Part shown: piece by piece, positions 25,760 through 40,300 of the stretch
Layout: each line of letters begins with the position of its first letter
Position numbering within the stretch: the first letter of the stretch is position 1
NCBI GenBank assembly: GCA_964276515.1
Contig: OZ193910.1
Location: 248,001-312,000, forward strand
Reading direction: 5' to 3'
Length of the DNA: 64,000 nucleotides
Source of the DNA: Gordius albopunctatus
Lineage: Eukaryota
Made by a program: the position numbers and the translations under genes
Notes under the pieces: generated by a model
Told to the model about the DNA's origin: nothing
Seen by the model: the letters and a program-made list of their open reading frames with translations, nothing else
Databases searched by the model: none

Positions 25760-26400
25760 TCTCTACCAAAAAAGGTCAAATTTAAAAATGGATTTGAGCC
25801 AAATTTATTATATAAATAACTTAGGGATTTGAGATGTGAAGGTTGGTATATTTTTTAAATGATTTTAATAGTTTTAACTCCAAGTTATTGTTGTCTTTAC
25901 AAGAATGATACACATTAGAAATATATCCCATTTATAATTCATGTATAAACATTATGAGCATGCCAACTGTAAAAAAATTAATCTGACCAAAAATATGTGG
26001 CACTAAGGTAACAGTTTGACAAAATGTTTTATATGATTAAAAATTTAGATAGATTTTTAAAACATATTAAATAATTATGTATTCAAGTTTGTGATAAGAT
26101 TTATACAAATTAATATAATGCATAATAGGCATAAAAAATTACTAGCTTAATTATTGTTATTACTAACAAAATTAGAATATGTTAATGAAATATAAAATTT
26201 ATAAATAACCATACAAAAATTGTTGGAAAATATATATTGATTCATAGCAGTATTACCTCTTACAAAATTAAATTTCAATATATTTTAAAACTAATGTCCG
26301 GCAACTAGTTACTTTTGAAATATAAGGTAGAAATAAAATAGTGTTGGGTATTTGATACAGGATTTTTAAGACTATATGAGCCTGCCACATTCAGTGATGA
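25760..26400 (-). pseudogene. Highly degenerate C1orf74-like copy upstream of POLR2K
   Basis: Minus-strand peptide MGYISNVYHSCKDNNNLELKLL (~25865-25931) aligns with LGYPLVYWSDNNEKHMNNLDLEVI of the 6999-7745 ORF. There are scattered collinear nucleotide matches and many stops. Confidence 0.5.
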
Positions 26401-27544
26401 AATTAAAATATAATTATTGATATATAGACTTATCTTTAATTTTCCTATGGATCCCGATGGTCACTATTAATATATATTTATTTCCGCAAACACTGATTTT
26501 AATTAAATTATATTTTTTGTAAAACGTCTCGTCTACATGTTCTATGTAGTCTTATTATTTAATTTATTTTATTTAATTATTATTATTTTATATTTAATTT
26601 GCATTCAGATCTTTAATTATGGTTTTTAATATTTTCATCATCTGTCTAATATTTGTCCCCAATCCCCATAATCAGGGGAATTGTACCATGCTTAAGACAA
26701 ATAATATTTCCTACACGATATAATATTCAACCCTAATATTCTATAGAATGTTAACATTCCCAATACTGTTTGAAACAAAAGCAAATATTTTTAGATAAAT
26801 TTGTCATAAATTAGTTATTATCAATCTAATTATTCTTACATCGCTTTATAGGAAAAATGAATAAATAATAATATTATATTTTATAAAAAAAAGGTCTACT
26901 TTAGTCGATTCTTACCCTAATTCTCCTGTTCTTCTGGATAAACTCTTGTTTAAATTTTTGCTTGACATATATTTGTGTATTTTTTATTTCATTAATTTAA
27001 TTGGTTTTAATACGTCCTCTTTGATCTTCCTAACTTTTTTTGCAAAAGACACATTAGTTAGAGTTATTAAAGGCACTAGTTCCAAATATCTAGCTCCTGG
27101 AACTATATATTTACTTAAAATGAATATTTAAGAATGAAAAGCAGGAGCTGTGACTAGACATTTTTATGGCAGAGGAACGGCCAAAGTGAATAGCTCCTCA
27201 TATTCCTAAAACAAACATTTTATTTAATGGAAGGTGAAAATATATTAATGGGCTTATTTTACACCGACTATAAGTCAAATAATCATAAATCGAAATCTTA
27301 TGTACAACTATAGGGAGTGTGAAGCCTTTAGTCAGCCGGCTTTAATACAAATATTAATTAATAACTATTCAGGGCAAAATTTAAGTTTTAACCCTTTGTT
27401 GGTTTTCAGAGTTAATATGATATAAACCTTCTTTTAACGTAGCATAAACAAGTTAATAGGTAGATTTAAAATAGTTTAAATTGCCAAGCGTTACCAGTTG
27501 CTATATAGATCCTATGAACTATATTGGCTAAGGCTAAGTCTATA

Positions 27545-27900
27545 TTAAAATTTCAGGCCCTCCTACTATCTAATATCTTTACCCCTATCGTTGCCTCGTG
27601 TTCTGGCACTTTTGGTCCGGCCGCCATTAAGCTTTTTAAAGAAATCAGCCGTCGCTGCCCGCCTTCTAAATATTCCACAAATTTTTTACTTCAACAAAAA
27701 ATTGGTATTTTTATAGCAAAGTACAACTTTAAATCCCTGGCCGACAGTTGGCCACTTTTACAAGATGACACATGCGACTTTTTTTGAATCATAATATTTT
27801 TATTTAGTTTTACACCCGCTTTTATATTCCTCGAATGTTGACACTTCGTTTTTATAATGTTCTTACCTACAAATAAACTACATATAAATATAAAAAAAAA
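27545..27900 (+). mobile_element. 3' fragment of CRE-like subfamily B with A-tail
   Basis: IFTPIVASCSGTFGPAAIKLFKEISRR...FKSLADSWPLLQDDTCDFF; nearly identical to 51560-51900. Confidence 0.88.
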
Positions 27901-28504
27901 TATTTATTTCTAAGTAAACCAACGTTTCTTAATTTGCACTTATTGTTTGTCAGATAGAAATGCATTAAATAAATGACTTAGAAAAGTTTTAATCTTTTCT
28001 ATTGATCAGTGTTAAAAAATTAAAAGGATATTTGTATTACTTTTTTCAAAGCAATTAAATCAAGGGTAAGGTAAAGGAGCTGAAAGATATAAATTCAAAA
28101 CATAATTTTAATTTTGAAGTTTGCCTTTTCAATTAGGCTAGCAATTTAAAGTAAAGTATTACCAACTGTTAAATCTAAAAGGATATATATATATATATAT
28201 ATTTAGTCAAAATGCAAAATACCGCAATTATATGATTCCACACATTTTAAAATTTATGATAAATTACTTTACGTTTAAAATGTTAGTTGCTATTTTTCGA
28301 ATCCCCTTGTTATATATATACGATAAGATCATCGTGGGTTTGTGCTATTTAATTACATATAAAAAACAAGATAAGCTTCTACTTGACTCATTAATTTAAT
28401 TTCAAATTCTTGGCATTTGTTTAAAATATAGGAGTCGATTTAGTTAATTGATTTTAAATAATATTTGTAGTTTTTAATCGGTGTTAGTAAGCATCGAATA
28501 TAAG

Positions 28505-29278
28505 CAGGCCCGTAGCCAGCATTTTCTCAAGGGGCCAGAAATTTGCAAAAAAATTTCGACACTTTTATTTATAAGATGTAACAAAAATAAAGTTGGCGTA
28601 CAATGCATATGCGAAACTTCGAGGCGCTCGCTATATAACCAGCTTTGGAAAAATGTGTCTTTTCTTCAGCAATCAGAGCATTTACTATCGCTTTATACCT
28701 TAAAAAGGACATGGACCTTATGCATTTATTCAACTGGCAGAAAATATGATCATTTAGGTTAAATTAAAAAATGGCGGAAACAAAAGCAAGATTATACAGT
28801 CACTCAATCTGTTTACTTGACATTTTTTGGATTACAGCTAAATGGACTGTGTTTAGAAAAAAACAAGTTTTAGCTAATTTCCAAATACTCTTAAATGTAA
28901 TCACAATAACAATTAAAATATATAAGAAATCAATACTATATAAAAATAAAATAAAAGCCTAAGTCACTTACTAGAAATACCAGGGTTTGGTATTTTAAGG
29001 GGGAAAAATTTTTGTATAGAATTCTTCATAATTTACAACTCTTCGCGGCAATCATACCTACATACATACATACAATCAATGGTGGAAAATTATTAAGTCG
29101 AAAATTAAATTATAAAAATTGAATGTAGTTAATATTGTGATGTTTCCACACCTTTATACGCGTGTCTCAAAATGTTTTGTGCAACTAAACTATAATATTT
29201 CAACCCATTTAATCTAATTTTATTAAACAAAAAAATTGTGGGATTTTGGTCGTTTCTGGCCACTTGGCTACGCCCCTG
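28505..29278. mobile_element. hAT-like non-autonomous DNA transposon with perfect 8-bp TSD
   Basis: CAGGCCCGTAGCCA...TGGCTACGCCCCTG termini flanked by AATATAAG on both sides (28497-28504 and 29279-29286). Confidence 0.8.
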
Positions 29279-32200
29279 AATATAAGCATAGACTGCTCAC
29301 GATGCGCTTTGTTTCATATGGTAAAATGTGGATTACCTACTATTAAATTTTCCATAATGAATTTATCTATCTCCCATGTCTTTTAAAGAGAAAAAGTTAA
29401 TCTAACTACCTCGTTAGTCAATAAATAAAAATAGTGCTATTAAATAATATTATTTAATACGACGCAGATGGCACTAAATTGCTTTAAAATGCTGTTTCTA
29501 TCAATCATCGAATTATAGATATTTTTACATTTTACTATAATCTATATATGTCCTTCCCTTATTTGTGCAAATTTCAAAATGGCGCAAAAATGGTGGACCT
29601 TTTTAGATTTGGTGAGCAGTCTAGAAGTTGAAATATATGACGCAGAATTATAAGAATATCGTGAGAATAAACCTATATCGGCTCGAATTCTAGAGCATTT
29701 CTGAAATGCTTACAGATAAATAAATATCTATCATTGAAAATTTAACATTCTTTGCTAGCTAATTTGGCTTATTATTATATTAGGTAGAAAAAAGTATTGA
29801 TAGAGAATTAAAAGTGACATTTGACTTTTAGCGTCTAATGGAACAATGCCTAAAATCACCTGTTCACTTCTAATTTTGTTATAATTTTCAGAAATTTAGC
29901 AAACTTTGAAGTTTAAAATTTTGATGATCTTAAGTTTCTACCTAAGGAAAAATATTTAAGAATTTGTTTAAATATTTCTAAGAGTCGGCAAATAAAGTTT
30001 GTGTTATTTTGCGATATATTTCTTATCTTTTAATATTTCCTGATAAATTTGCAAATAAATTCAGACTTTTATAATAAATTTTATATCAAAAAAGTGAAAT
30101 TTGAATTTAATTTTATTTAAAGCATAAAGTTTTTAGATTCTAAGAATTGCCTAGGAACACAATCTGGGATAATTGGTTAATATTAACAGTTTGCTTCATG
30201 ACTAATAATAAGCAATCAAAATGGAGATTCAATGATTGGTCATTATTGATTGCAATTTTTAGAGTGATTCAAAACAATGTATTTCTGATCGATAAAAATA
30301 ATCACCCAATCGTCGATCAATAAAATTACACCCCCCCCCCCCCGATTACAAATGTATTCCGACAAATTAGCCTAGTCCACCAACCCTTTAATTTTATATA
30401 TCTTTCCCATTATAAAATTTCGAATTGATTTCCTTAAAAATTGAATTTTATTGGGAAAAGACTGAGTAAGTATGTATTTTTATTAAATAATATGCCTGCT
30501 CTCGCGCGTCAGAAAGCACAATATGAAAAGGTGAATTAAGGTTACTAAGTGCCAAAAAAACAAAAGTTTATACAAAGTTTCGATCATAAATCATGATGGC
30601 AAGTGTGTTGTTAATCATATGGAAATCACATATATGTATAGTGTATATAATGTATAAAAAATAAAAAAATAGATGCGTTCTTTGTTGTCAGGCTCACAAA
30701 CTAAGTTTATTATGACAAACCATTTATCAACCCCGCTAAAGTAGTAAACATTAAAGCAATATTCTCAGGGGGGGGGGTTATACAAAGCTGTATTTAAAGC
30801 AGAGAGCCTTACTTTTTCTTTTAAGCACATAATAAGGAAGAAGTTACTAAAATTCTTTATTTTCCCTCCCATCCCATCATCTATATCTTCACTCTCAAAA
30901 TTTAATCTCCTGTAGTATCGCCCTTGAATCCACTATAATTCCCAAGGAAGGGATTTGCTTAGAGGGGGAATGATGTGGTTCCTTTAACTCATTGTTCCCC
31001 ACCCCACCCTTACAGCTCGACAATTGGCCTCGCCCCTTTTTATGCATATTGGCAAATATTTTAGATATCGATTGAATAATCACCCTGAATTATTGAAATA
31101 ACAAAGAATTTTTATGCTAGTCTTTCCACCCCCTCCCCCCTTACAATACTATGAATCGTAAACCTTAGTAAAATCTAGCATTTAGTCACCTTTAAATCAT
31201 CATTCCACAAACCATTAAACGGGACGACGTAAGAAATTTTGCACATCTCTAAAATTAATTTTATTTTTTATTGATTGTGGGCAAAGTATAATCAAATGAT
31301 GTATAAATATTATAAATAAAAATGTCACCTTTTCAAGATAAAAATTCTATTTTTGGGATATATAATAAATCATAAAAAATCGATTATAATTATGTTTGAA
31401 GCTGCTTTAATCCGTTTATGGAAAGATAGATTTGACATTAATAACTATTGTAGGGGAAATAAATCACCGCGAGACTAAACTACAAGAATGTCATAGTGGA
31501 TTTATTGACAAATTTAAGCCGCTAAACCCATTATCTATCTTAACCAGAAATACAAATTTAACTTTTAGACAATTTAAAATATATTGAAAAAATAGTTTAT
31601 ATAAAGTTTTAGATTATGAAATATTTTAAAAGTTTTTGATTTTTTAAATTAAGATATACGACTTTATATCGAGGATTAAGGGTGACATTAGAAATCAATT
31701 TGTCTGGCACAGTTAACACTAAGGGGACATTTTAAATATAGTTTAAAACTTCACGCGTCTAAATAATAAAACGTTTAAAAGCAAAAGTTTTTTACCATAA
31801 ATTTTGAATAATATCAAGTCCAAATCCATCTAATCAATCCAATAAATAGTTTAAAAAATTTTTGGAATTTTTTTTCTAAATTATTTACTTTTAATGATTT
31901 ATACATTAATTTAATCAGCTGTCGGATTGCCTTCCAGCGTATTTAATATACACATCAAACATATGACATTAGAAGGGTGTTAAAAGCAATCGATAAACCT
32001 CAATGTTTTCACATATAGATCAATTATCGACAAAATACCAATCATCACGATAAAAAGTGTGTGTTGTGTATGTGCTTTTTTACATTGAAGAACCTTCGTA
32101 AATCATAGATAATGGGACACCATCGAACGACACTTATTTATTTATCTAATTAAACGTCCTTCTCGTATATTCAAGCAAAATACTAGGCTACCTAGGAGGC

Positions 32201-32424
32201 CCTGGTTAATGATGTAATCAACTCAATTTGCCAAATCAAACATTAAAATTATTGCACCTCAACCCCCAACACCTCCCACCATACCCCCGCCCCAATCAAT
32301 ACTCTCATCAAAGATAAAGTTTTTGGCACGTTCAACATCTCTAAATTGCATTATCAAACACAAAGCTCCAAAGCAATTAGAATAAATATTAGGCCGAGGT
32401 ACTCTAAAAACATTCTCCAACAAC

Positions 32425-32600
32425 TGCGGGCGATCGATCGATCAGCTGATTTCACATAGTCGGGGGTTGGAATCATTCATTCACTCAGTATTCACATCGC
32501 AATCAGCTGTTAACCCCCTTAACCACGTGGCATGGAAGCGGACGAGCGAGAAGCTATAAGGGCCGCCATACAGCGTTATCAACGGGTCTGTTGTTACGTC
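32425..32600 (+). promoter_or_regulatory. Candidate promoter/enhancer of GPCR-1
   Basis: GC-richer island with two CAGCTG and one CACGTG E-boxes, an Inr-like TCATTC/TCAGT and a TATA-like CTATAAG, ~450 bp upstream of the proposed ATG. Confidence 0.35.
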
Positions 32601-33023
32601 TTAAAATTATCACAATTTAAATTATTATTTTAAACAATCAAATTTGATTTTAAAAAAGATTATGACAAGGTCTGGTTTTGAATTTGATAGTTGAATTTAA
32701 GTTTGACTCAGTAGCAGTGTCATCACAATAGTCGTATGAATGAGCCGCCTAGGTGTCATCAACCAAATGCCTTTTAGTAACATACTAGAATTAATAGTTT
32801 AGAATGCAACAATCATTATGAGAAACAATAATATAAAACAAATATGCGGGCGCGGGGGGGGGGGATGTTTGGAGGGAGGGGCTCGCCTGCCCTTTTCTTT
32901 GATTAAAGCCAACGCCATTTTTCCATAAGATCCCTGACAGGAGGAGACTATTGGGATAATACTAGGCTCCCAGAGGGCCTTGTCTTTTTTAGAATCTCAG
33001 AATGAGTGATTAAGTTGAAAGCA

Positions 33024-35930
33024 ATGTCTACCACCACTTCTATCCTTTATTTATACCAAGTATTTAGGCAGGGCAGAGGGGAAGGGGGTAACTGTCACCC
33101 ACAACTTAAATCCAAATCTACATTTTATTATTTTATCCAAAATTTACTTCTCCAAAGATTTTCAATCCGCTCACTTACATATTGCTCGGAGTGGTGGTTG
33201 CAGCCAATACCCTCATTATAAGCGCATTCTTCAAATATCGGCGCCTACGGAGTATAACGAATAGATTCGTGGTTTCTCTGGCAGTCGCAGACCTTTGTGT
33301 GGGTCTAACTAGAACCGCGCAAGAGTTAGTGGAATACATCGATCCGCGAAATGCTACAGATACCACTCTAACATACAGGTACTTTCCTGTCTTCTCCTCT
33401 TTCTCATTTTTCCTAAATCATTTTGGGAGAAAGTAGTATTTTTTTGATAAATCTTATTAATTATATGAAAAAATTCTAATATTAAAATTAAGAAAAATCT
33501 TTATTTTCCTACCCTTAGCTATATTAAAACTTTATTTACATTTTAAAAGGTGCATTTTTTCAAATCTCAACACTGCAAATTTTAAACCTATTCTAAAATG
33601 TAGACAGTTGTTTTTTTTAATTCACGCAGGTTGGTACAATTATTAAAAATTCTAATATACATGGGAAATTATATAATGAATCAATGTGGAATCATTTTTA
33701 GTTTCTTTTTACACATATACTTAAATTATTCCCTTTTTAAATATTTCTAATTTTAAAATAATTTTTTGGTAGTTGCGTTATTTAGGGATTAATTGTAACT
33801 ACCATGTAAAAATAATTTATTTAAATGTACGACTAATGAATATCAATTAAGGGGGGGGATTAAATGTTATGAAAATATATTATAATTAAAATGGTAAGTC
33901 AACCGAGGTTAAAAATAATAATTTACGACGTATTCCTATGCAATTTTAAGATGTACTTAGCGAAAATAATATTCAAAAATTAATGTGAAAAATATCGTAT
34001 AAAACAGTCTATTTGTGAAAAAATGTGAAAAAATATTAATTTTTAAAAAAGTGTTTATTAATTTTAAAATTATTTGATTTTAGGAAACAATTTTTTATAA
34101 CCATTCCTGTTACAATGAATGTGGCATCATTGCTCTGTCTACTCGGAGTTACGATTGATCGATACATATCAGTTATAAATCCATTAAGGTAATAAATAAA
34201 TATTAATTCTTCTTAGAATACCTAAATAAATTTGTTTAATTGTGAAATCTAAATTTAACTAAGTAGACGGGATGGGAGACAATAATTTCAACCTTGACTT
34301 GGATCCAAGAGCAAATGGCTATCATATATTTTCACGTTTCCTCCAAGGAATATTGTTTGCTATACAAACTGGACAAGACGGACAATGAAAAAGGAGCCCA
34401 CAATAAATAGCATAGCAGCAATTAGTAATAACTCTACTTTATATTAGATATGTATCTATCATGACGGGTAAATTGGCCAATTGCATAATAGCTGGAAGTT
34501 GGTTTTTGGCGATAGGGATTATTTACTTAGCTTCGCATTACTTTTACCTTTGGCCCGCCCGAGATCCTAATTATGCGGACGCCATTTCACGCCTATACAG
34601 GTATTTGATCAAAACTATTTACACAATTAAACAACACGAAAGGTTAAAATTTCGCTAATCTTTCATTATATTTAATCCTTTCAATAGGTATACCTTGACC
34701 ACCTACTTCAGTCTATTCGTATCCCTATTGTTGGTGATATCCCTGTTTTACTTGCGAATCTTTTACGCTTGTCACAAGCATCAACTCATGGCATTAGTGT
34801 CGAAAGACTTTTCCGAACGCGTGGCATCACAACAGCTGATTGCCAGCCCAACGGTTAGATCGGGAATTCCAATGAAAGCGTCAAAGGAAGAAGAAGAGTT
34901 AGTCTTACCTAAGGATCACACTTTTTCTAATGTCCCGCCACACCCGGACAAACAATTAATTGATAAGGGAAGATTTAAAGCTAGCGATAACTGTGATGTC
35001 AATCCCAAAAGGATTGCCGGCATTTTGAAAAATAGCAATAATGGAGGAGAGGTAGTGAAACAATTCTAACTAATATTTAAGTCCTCTATAATGTCGCACG
35101 CCGTCCTCCTACTAATAACGCTGATTGTCGTTTTTGATTCTAATTTGGCACGAGGGTTCTTTGGGGCATTGATTTTAGTCCAGTTGATCAAACCTAAGGG
35201 ACCATGACCAAAATCTTGATGATAAAACTTTGGGATACACATCTTTCCTTTGCTCACAACCTTTGAACATCTTTTATGCTCAGTGTTTAATCTTAATATA
35301 ATTAGCCCATTTATAGGGAAGGGCAAACCGATCACTTTTCGAAATTTTAGCCATAATTGCAATAATTTTCATTAATTTTTTGAATTTAGAGGGGGGGGCA
35401 GCCGCCTGCTACGCTCATATATTTTATCACCTTTAAAATCATAACTACAGGCATCGAATAAATTGGACAACAACAATGGGACGGTTAACTCCTTAATACC
35501 AAGTCCCTCTCGGGTCAAACTCAATCAAGACGAACCCAACCCTTGTCGTGCTGGCTCCGGGGGGCTCCTTAAAAAGAGCAAGAGTAGGGGTATCAGTATG
35601 AGCAGTAAAGGATCCGGTGGATTGAGAATAGCATCCAAATCCACAATTATGATTGCTATGATTGTGGGAACATTCGCAGCACTCAGTATACCCCTTCAAG
35701 TGGTGGAATACATTCTGATTTATCAACAATCTTCCATCTCCAATTTTAAAACGTTCTACGTCATGGATGGCCTCTGCGTCCTGCTATACTATTCCCACAG
35801 CGCCTTCAATTTTTACATTTACGCGTGGAAAAATGGAGACTTTAGGCAAGCCTTTAAACGTATCCTCACATGCGGTAGGCGTCAGAGAGATCCGTATTCC
35901 AATCAGACTACTCGGGAAACTAGAAATTGA
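33024..35930 (+). CDS. Class A (rhodopsin-family) orphan GPCR, adenosine/MECA-receptor-like (GPCR-1); exons 33024-33059, 33158-33378, 34084-34188, 34448-34600, 34688-35051, 35451-35930
   Basis: TM1 ..AANTLII, TM2 SLAVADLCVG, TM3 LGVTIDRYISVINPLRY, TM4 W, TM5 LFYLRIF, TM6 IVGTFAALSIP, TM7 SAFNFYIYAWKNGDFRQAFKRIL. All junctions are GT-AG and in phase. The first exon is less certain. Confidence 0.88.
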
Positions 35931-37319
35931 AAAGACTTATCATCTCCCAAAATTCAAAGGTCTTCCGGCTCTTTAGGATCAATTGGTAAAATCTCAAATC
36001 AGCGCTTGTAATTTTATAACCTTGTGAAACAAGTATACATTTGTTTGCTCATAACAAAGGTTTAGCTGAAAGATAGTGTTTTTTTTTGGGGGGGGGGGGG
36101 AGAGGAGCGAGGCTTATGTATGTTCCTTAAAATAACGAGTAAATTATATGAGAGTCATATTGTAAGTCATTTATTAACAAAAGCTCTTTAAAACTTGTCA
36201 AATAAATAGGAATCACGTTGCGTACGATTCATATAAACGACGATAAATTCACTGAAATAATTGCAATTTTGATGTTAAGGCTAAACGTAATATTTAGTAA
36301 GACTTGTTATTAATGGTATAAAGCTGCTGAGGTGCAACACTCCAAATAAATATATGTTACACTAGTAAATAAGTTGATTTAAACCAGGCATGTTGATTAT
36401 GATAACCTTCTATAACTAAAGCCGCAAGATACAACATTATAATCATCGCTCTATGGGTTTACTTTCACATTTACAATAGGCAATAAAGATGAATATTACT
36501 TTATTTTTCAAATTTTATTATATTATATTTTTAAAGGGTGAGTCGCAATTAGCAACACTTTCCCTAAAACCGTGATTCCCCTTCAGAGATGTGTTCTATC
36601 TGATTCCCCGTTCGTATTGTATGAATGAATATCATTGTTAGTCCAAATAATTGTGCTCGTCTCCTCCACAAATATAAAACGCAAGAATTGAGATGATGTA
36701 CATACAAAAATTTACAGATAAATCGCCAATAAATGTCGTATTTTTGTAATCAAGCAAGGTAACAACCATCAGGCCGAAACATATTTAGAACTAAGTTGGA
36801 CCTTTAAAGCCCAAATATAATCACCGCAAATACATCTTAACCTAATAAATGTAAGAACTTAACAAACGCCTGGCCCTTTATTAAATTATAATATATTTAA
36901 CAATCAATTTGCAAGTAGTTTCGAAACGTTAAACTTACTTATTATATAGGTTTTAACCTTATGCTAAATGTTAAAGTCGTCATTTTTGGCTAAATTTCAG
37001 AAGCATACTCAGGCAATGGTAATTATAAAGTTTAGATAAATCATAAGAACAACTACCCTTTTATAAATGTACAAACTCAGCGTGATTCAGGCACCAAAAG
37101 GGGCCACTCATGAAGAAAGGGTTAGGGTTAACACACGAGTTGACGATGGAGCGGAACAAATTGGTGTGAGGAATGTATGATGTATAATTGGTGGTGGTAA
37201 CTGACGTGTATTAACTCAACGATAACCTAAGAATAAACATTTGACTAACAAAACACGCACATAAACATACAAAACGAATAACATATATTCATAATTATTC
37301 AAAGAAAATTTTAAATAAA

Positions 37320-40300
37320 TTAAATGTTTGGTGGGCCCAATTTATTGCGTCTGGGGGGTAGGGGAGGTAAGTACAAAGGGACCGAATTCCTGTCGGCATC
37401 TCTCTCATGTTTGTCACGTTGTATGGAAGACGAATCGACTTCAAAGGATGCCGATGGCCACCAGGTGGAAGAAACATTGTTCTCCTGGGCGAGATATGAT
37501 TGGTTGTACGTATTCTGATCGTAAAATGCTGATCCACCAATCATGTCCCTAGCACCTAACCAACACAAAAATCGGAAAAATTAAAATTTAGTTTTTATTT
37601 AACAAAAAAATGACAAAAACAAATTTGCTCCGACAGTTTTGAATATAGAAATTGCGATTTATATATGTTTTAGGAATAATGTCAAATTGATATCGAATGA
37701 ATACAAATTTTAGTATTTTGGGGTCAGATTGGCCCCGCCTTGATAGGTATATTTATAAAAATGTAAACAACGTATAACAAATGTATTACAAATATACCTG
37801 TCATCTCCGGTTCTTCGTATGGCACGCAAGAATTTTGGTGGAATAATAGCTAGGAAAAACAGATTTTTCATAAGCATTAGGCGGCTTAAATATGATGAGG
37901 AAAATGGAAACTTACAAAACTTTTAACTTTATGGGGGTTAGGTCGGAAATAGCGACTCAAATAATTTTCAAATTAAAAGACCAATTAATAATATTTATAC
38001 GGTAGAAAGATAATTCGTATACAAAAATCGTCATATTTTATGACGCTCTCGACGAGTTGTTAAATAATGAAATCCTTACTTGGTCGGGTTGAGATATGTA
38101 ATTTTTGAAAGTTGGCTGTTCCGGCATCGAATGAGTTAATGTTGTTGGCCCTTCAGTTTCGAAATCTAAATCGAGCAGCGTATTTGCTGCCTTCGTACAC
38201 ACTTTAGAAAAATATATATGCAAATATTAAAATTAATTTTAAAATAAATGCAGTGGCACATTTCAGAATTTAGAGTGGAATAGCTAGAGCTTTATGTTTA
38301 AAACACATTTTATGCAATTCTAAACAATCTTGGTCAAGCCACATGAAAAATGTTAAGAAAATATAAGTTGTTATATAAAAATATGTTTATAAGGCGAGCT
38401 CCTACCCTTCGATTGTATCCTAGGGGGTGGGGGTCTTCGGGGTGGGGCCAGGACTTTCTGGTTTTTGTCATCTGGCCAAGCAGCTGTTTCAGAGGTGTAA
38501 GACTTTTTCATAGAGTCTGGGATCGAAGATTAAAAAGTGTAAAATTAAAATGAATCCCAGCGAGGTAGTATAGTATTAAATTATGAGTCGCGCTGGCGAA
38601 TTACCAATAAAATAAAGGTAACGCGCGCGCGCCAATGTAAATAAGAGCTAGGGGTAGTAGGAATGGTAAATAAGGAATAAACCTGTATAAACATAGCTTT
38701 AGCGATTAAAACGCGAGGTTTGTGGAGCATTCACTAATTTACGGCGAAATGTTTGGTAGAATTAAGCTAATTAAAATAATAAATAAAATGAAAGGGCCCT
38801 ACCTTTATTGTCGTTTATGGTGAGGGTTTCTACGTGTCCAAACAAAACATCTGATCGGAGATCGGGTGATGATGGATCAATGGCATCAGCAGCTGTTTAA
38901 AAAGAAGGAGGTAAATGGCCAAAAATGATGAAACGACCTCCGCTTTTAATATTAAAGGAGGTGAGAGTTACAAATTTCTCGCCTATGACATGAGGAAATG
39001 CCGAGGAAATAGATTGTAAAATTTACCTTATAAAATTAAATACTAGCAATCGCTTAAAATGTTATTTCTCATGCTTTATACCAAATTGAACCTAGGTTTA
39101 AAAGGTGACTCAATTACCGATTTCGGGATGTGCTTGTCCCATTAACTCGGCCGCACACCCATTCCTAGAGTAATTCTCCTCCTTAGAGCCTGCCCTCTCG
39201 TTCCCTCCTAGCGAGTAGTGGAGATGATTGACGTGGAAACACTGAGTAAGTTGGGCGGTGGCAAAAGAGTCCCATTCGGGATCTAGGGGGCGCACTCTAA
39301 TCCTCACAGAAGAGTATTGGGGATTTGGAGATAGGGGAGAGCAATCTAGTTTTAGAGCGTAAAAAGCTTGATAACCTCGGCTAAAAGTCACCAGCATCTG
39401 ATAATCGTATGGTACCGCCCCTTGGTTTTCGTTTGAAATGAGTGGAAATTCGAATGCTTCGCCCTGATTGAATCTATTGCAGTGTATGAAAGCAAAGATT
39501 AGACTACTTTACCCCCATTTAATTCATTTATTATTCGCACGAAAGATAAGGAAAGGCCGCGGATAAATGAAGCAAGTGAAGAAATATTCTAATCAGTTAT
39601 TCTATGACAATCGATCTAATCAAGATCAATTTGATTTTTACTAAAGGACGTTTTTAATAGTTACAACTAAAGAAACTCAACCAACAAGAAAACCTATTAT
39701 AATAACCTAATCAATTCTTCCACGATTGCAAAACAATTAATTGATATGCACAAAATCTATGGCGAGGAAGCAGCATATACCTATTATACCCTAATCAATT
39801 ATTCCATGCTAAATTTCAAAAAAATAATAATTTGATTAAAAATTGAATTTTAACAATTCTTACCTGGACCAGATGATTTCTCCCGCGCTCTGAGTCAGCA
39901 AAGCTTCTGTGGCGGCCAAAATGTCACGTGGTTCCGGGTGGCAATCGATTGGATTGGTCAATTCGACCCCCACAACTACTGTCTTGTCCAATGGGCCCGC
40001 GGCTCGCACTATGGCAGCCATATTGGATTGCAAGGCAGACCAATCCAAGTCACGTGACAGGGTATCAATTATGGCGTAAACCGGTCTTGGTGGCAAAAAA
40101 TAAACGCGTACAAAAATAAAAATGTAACATACATAAAAATATGGGACCAAAAGGGGAAACTTTGGCAACTAGGCTTACAAATTTGGGATGATCTCAGAAG
40201 AAGGGCTGACCCAACTTACACGAACTTTCATTTTGACCATGCCGAAGTGTCATATAAGTGAATATTCGGTATTAATTCAATAAATGCTGCCTGTCACAAC

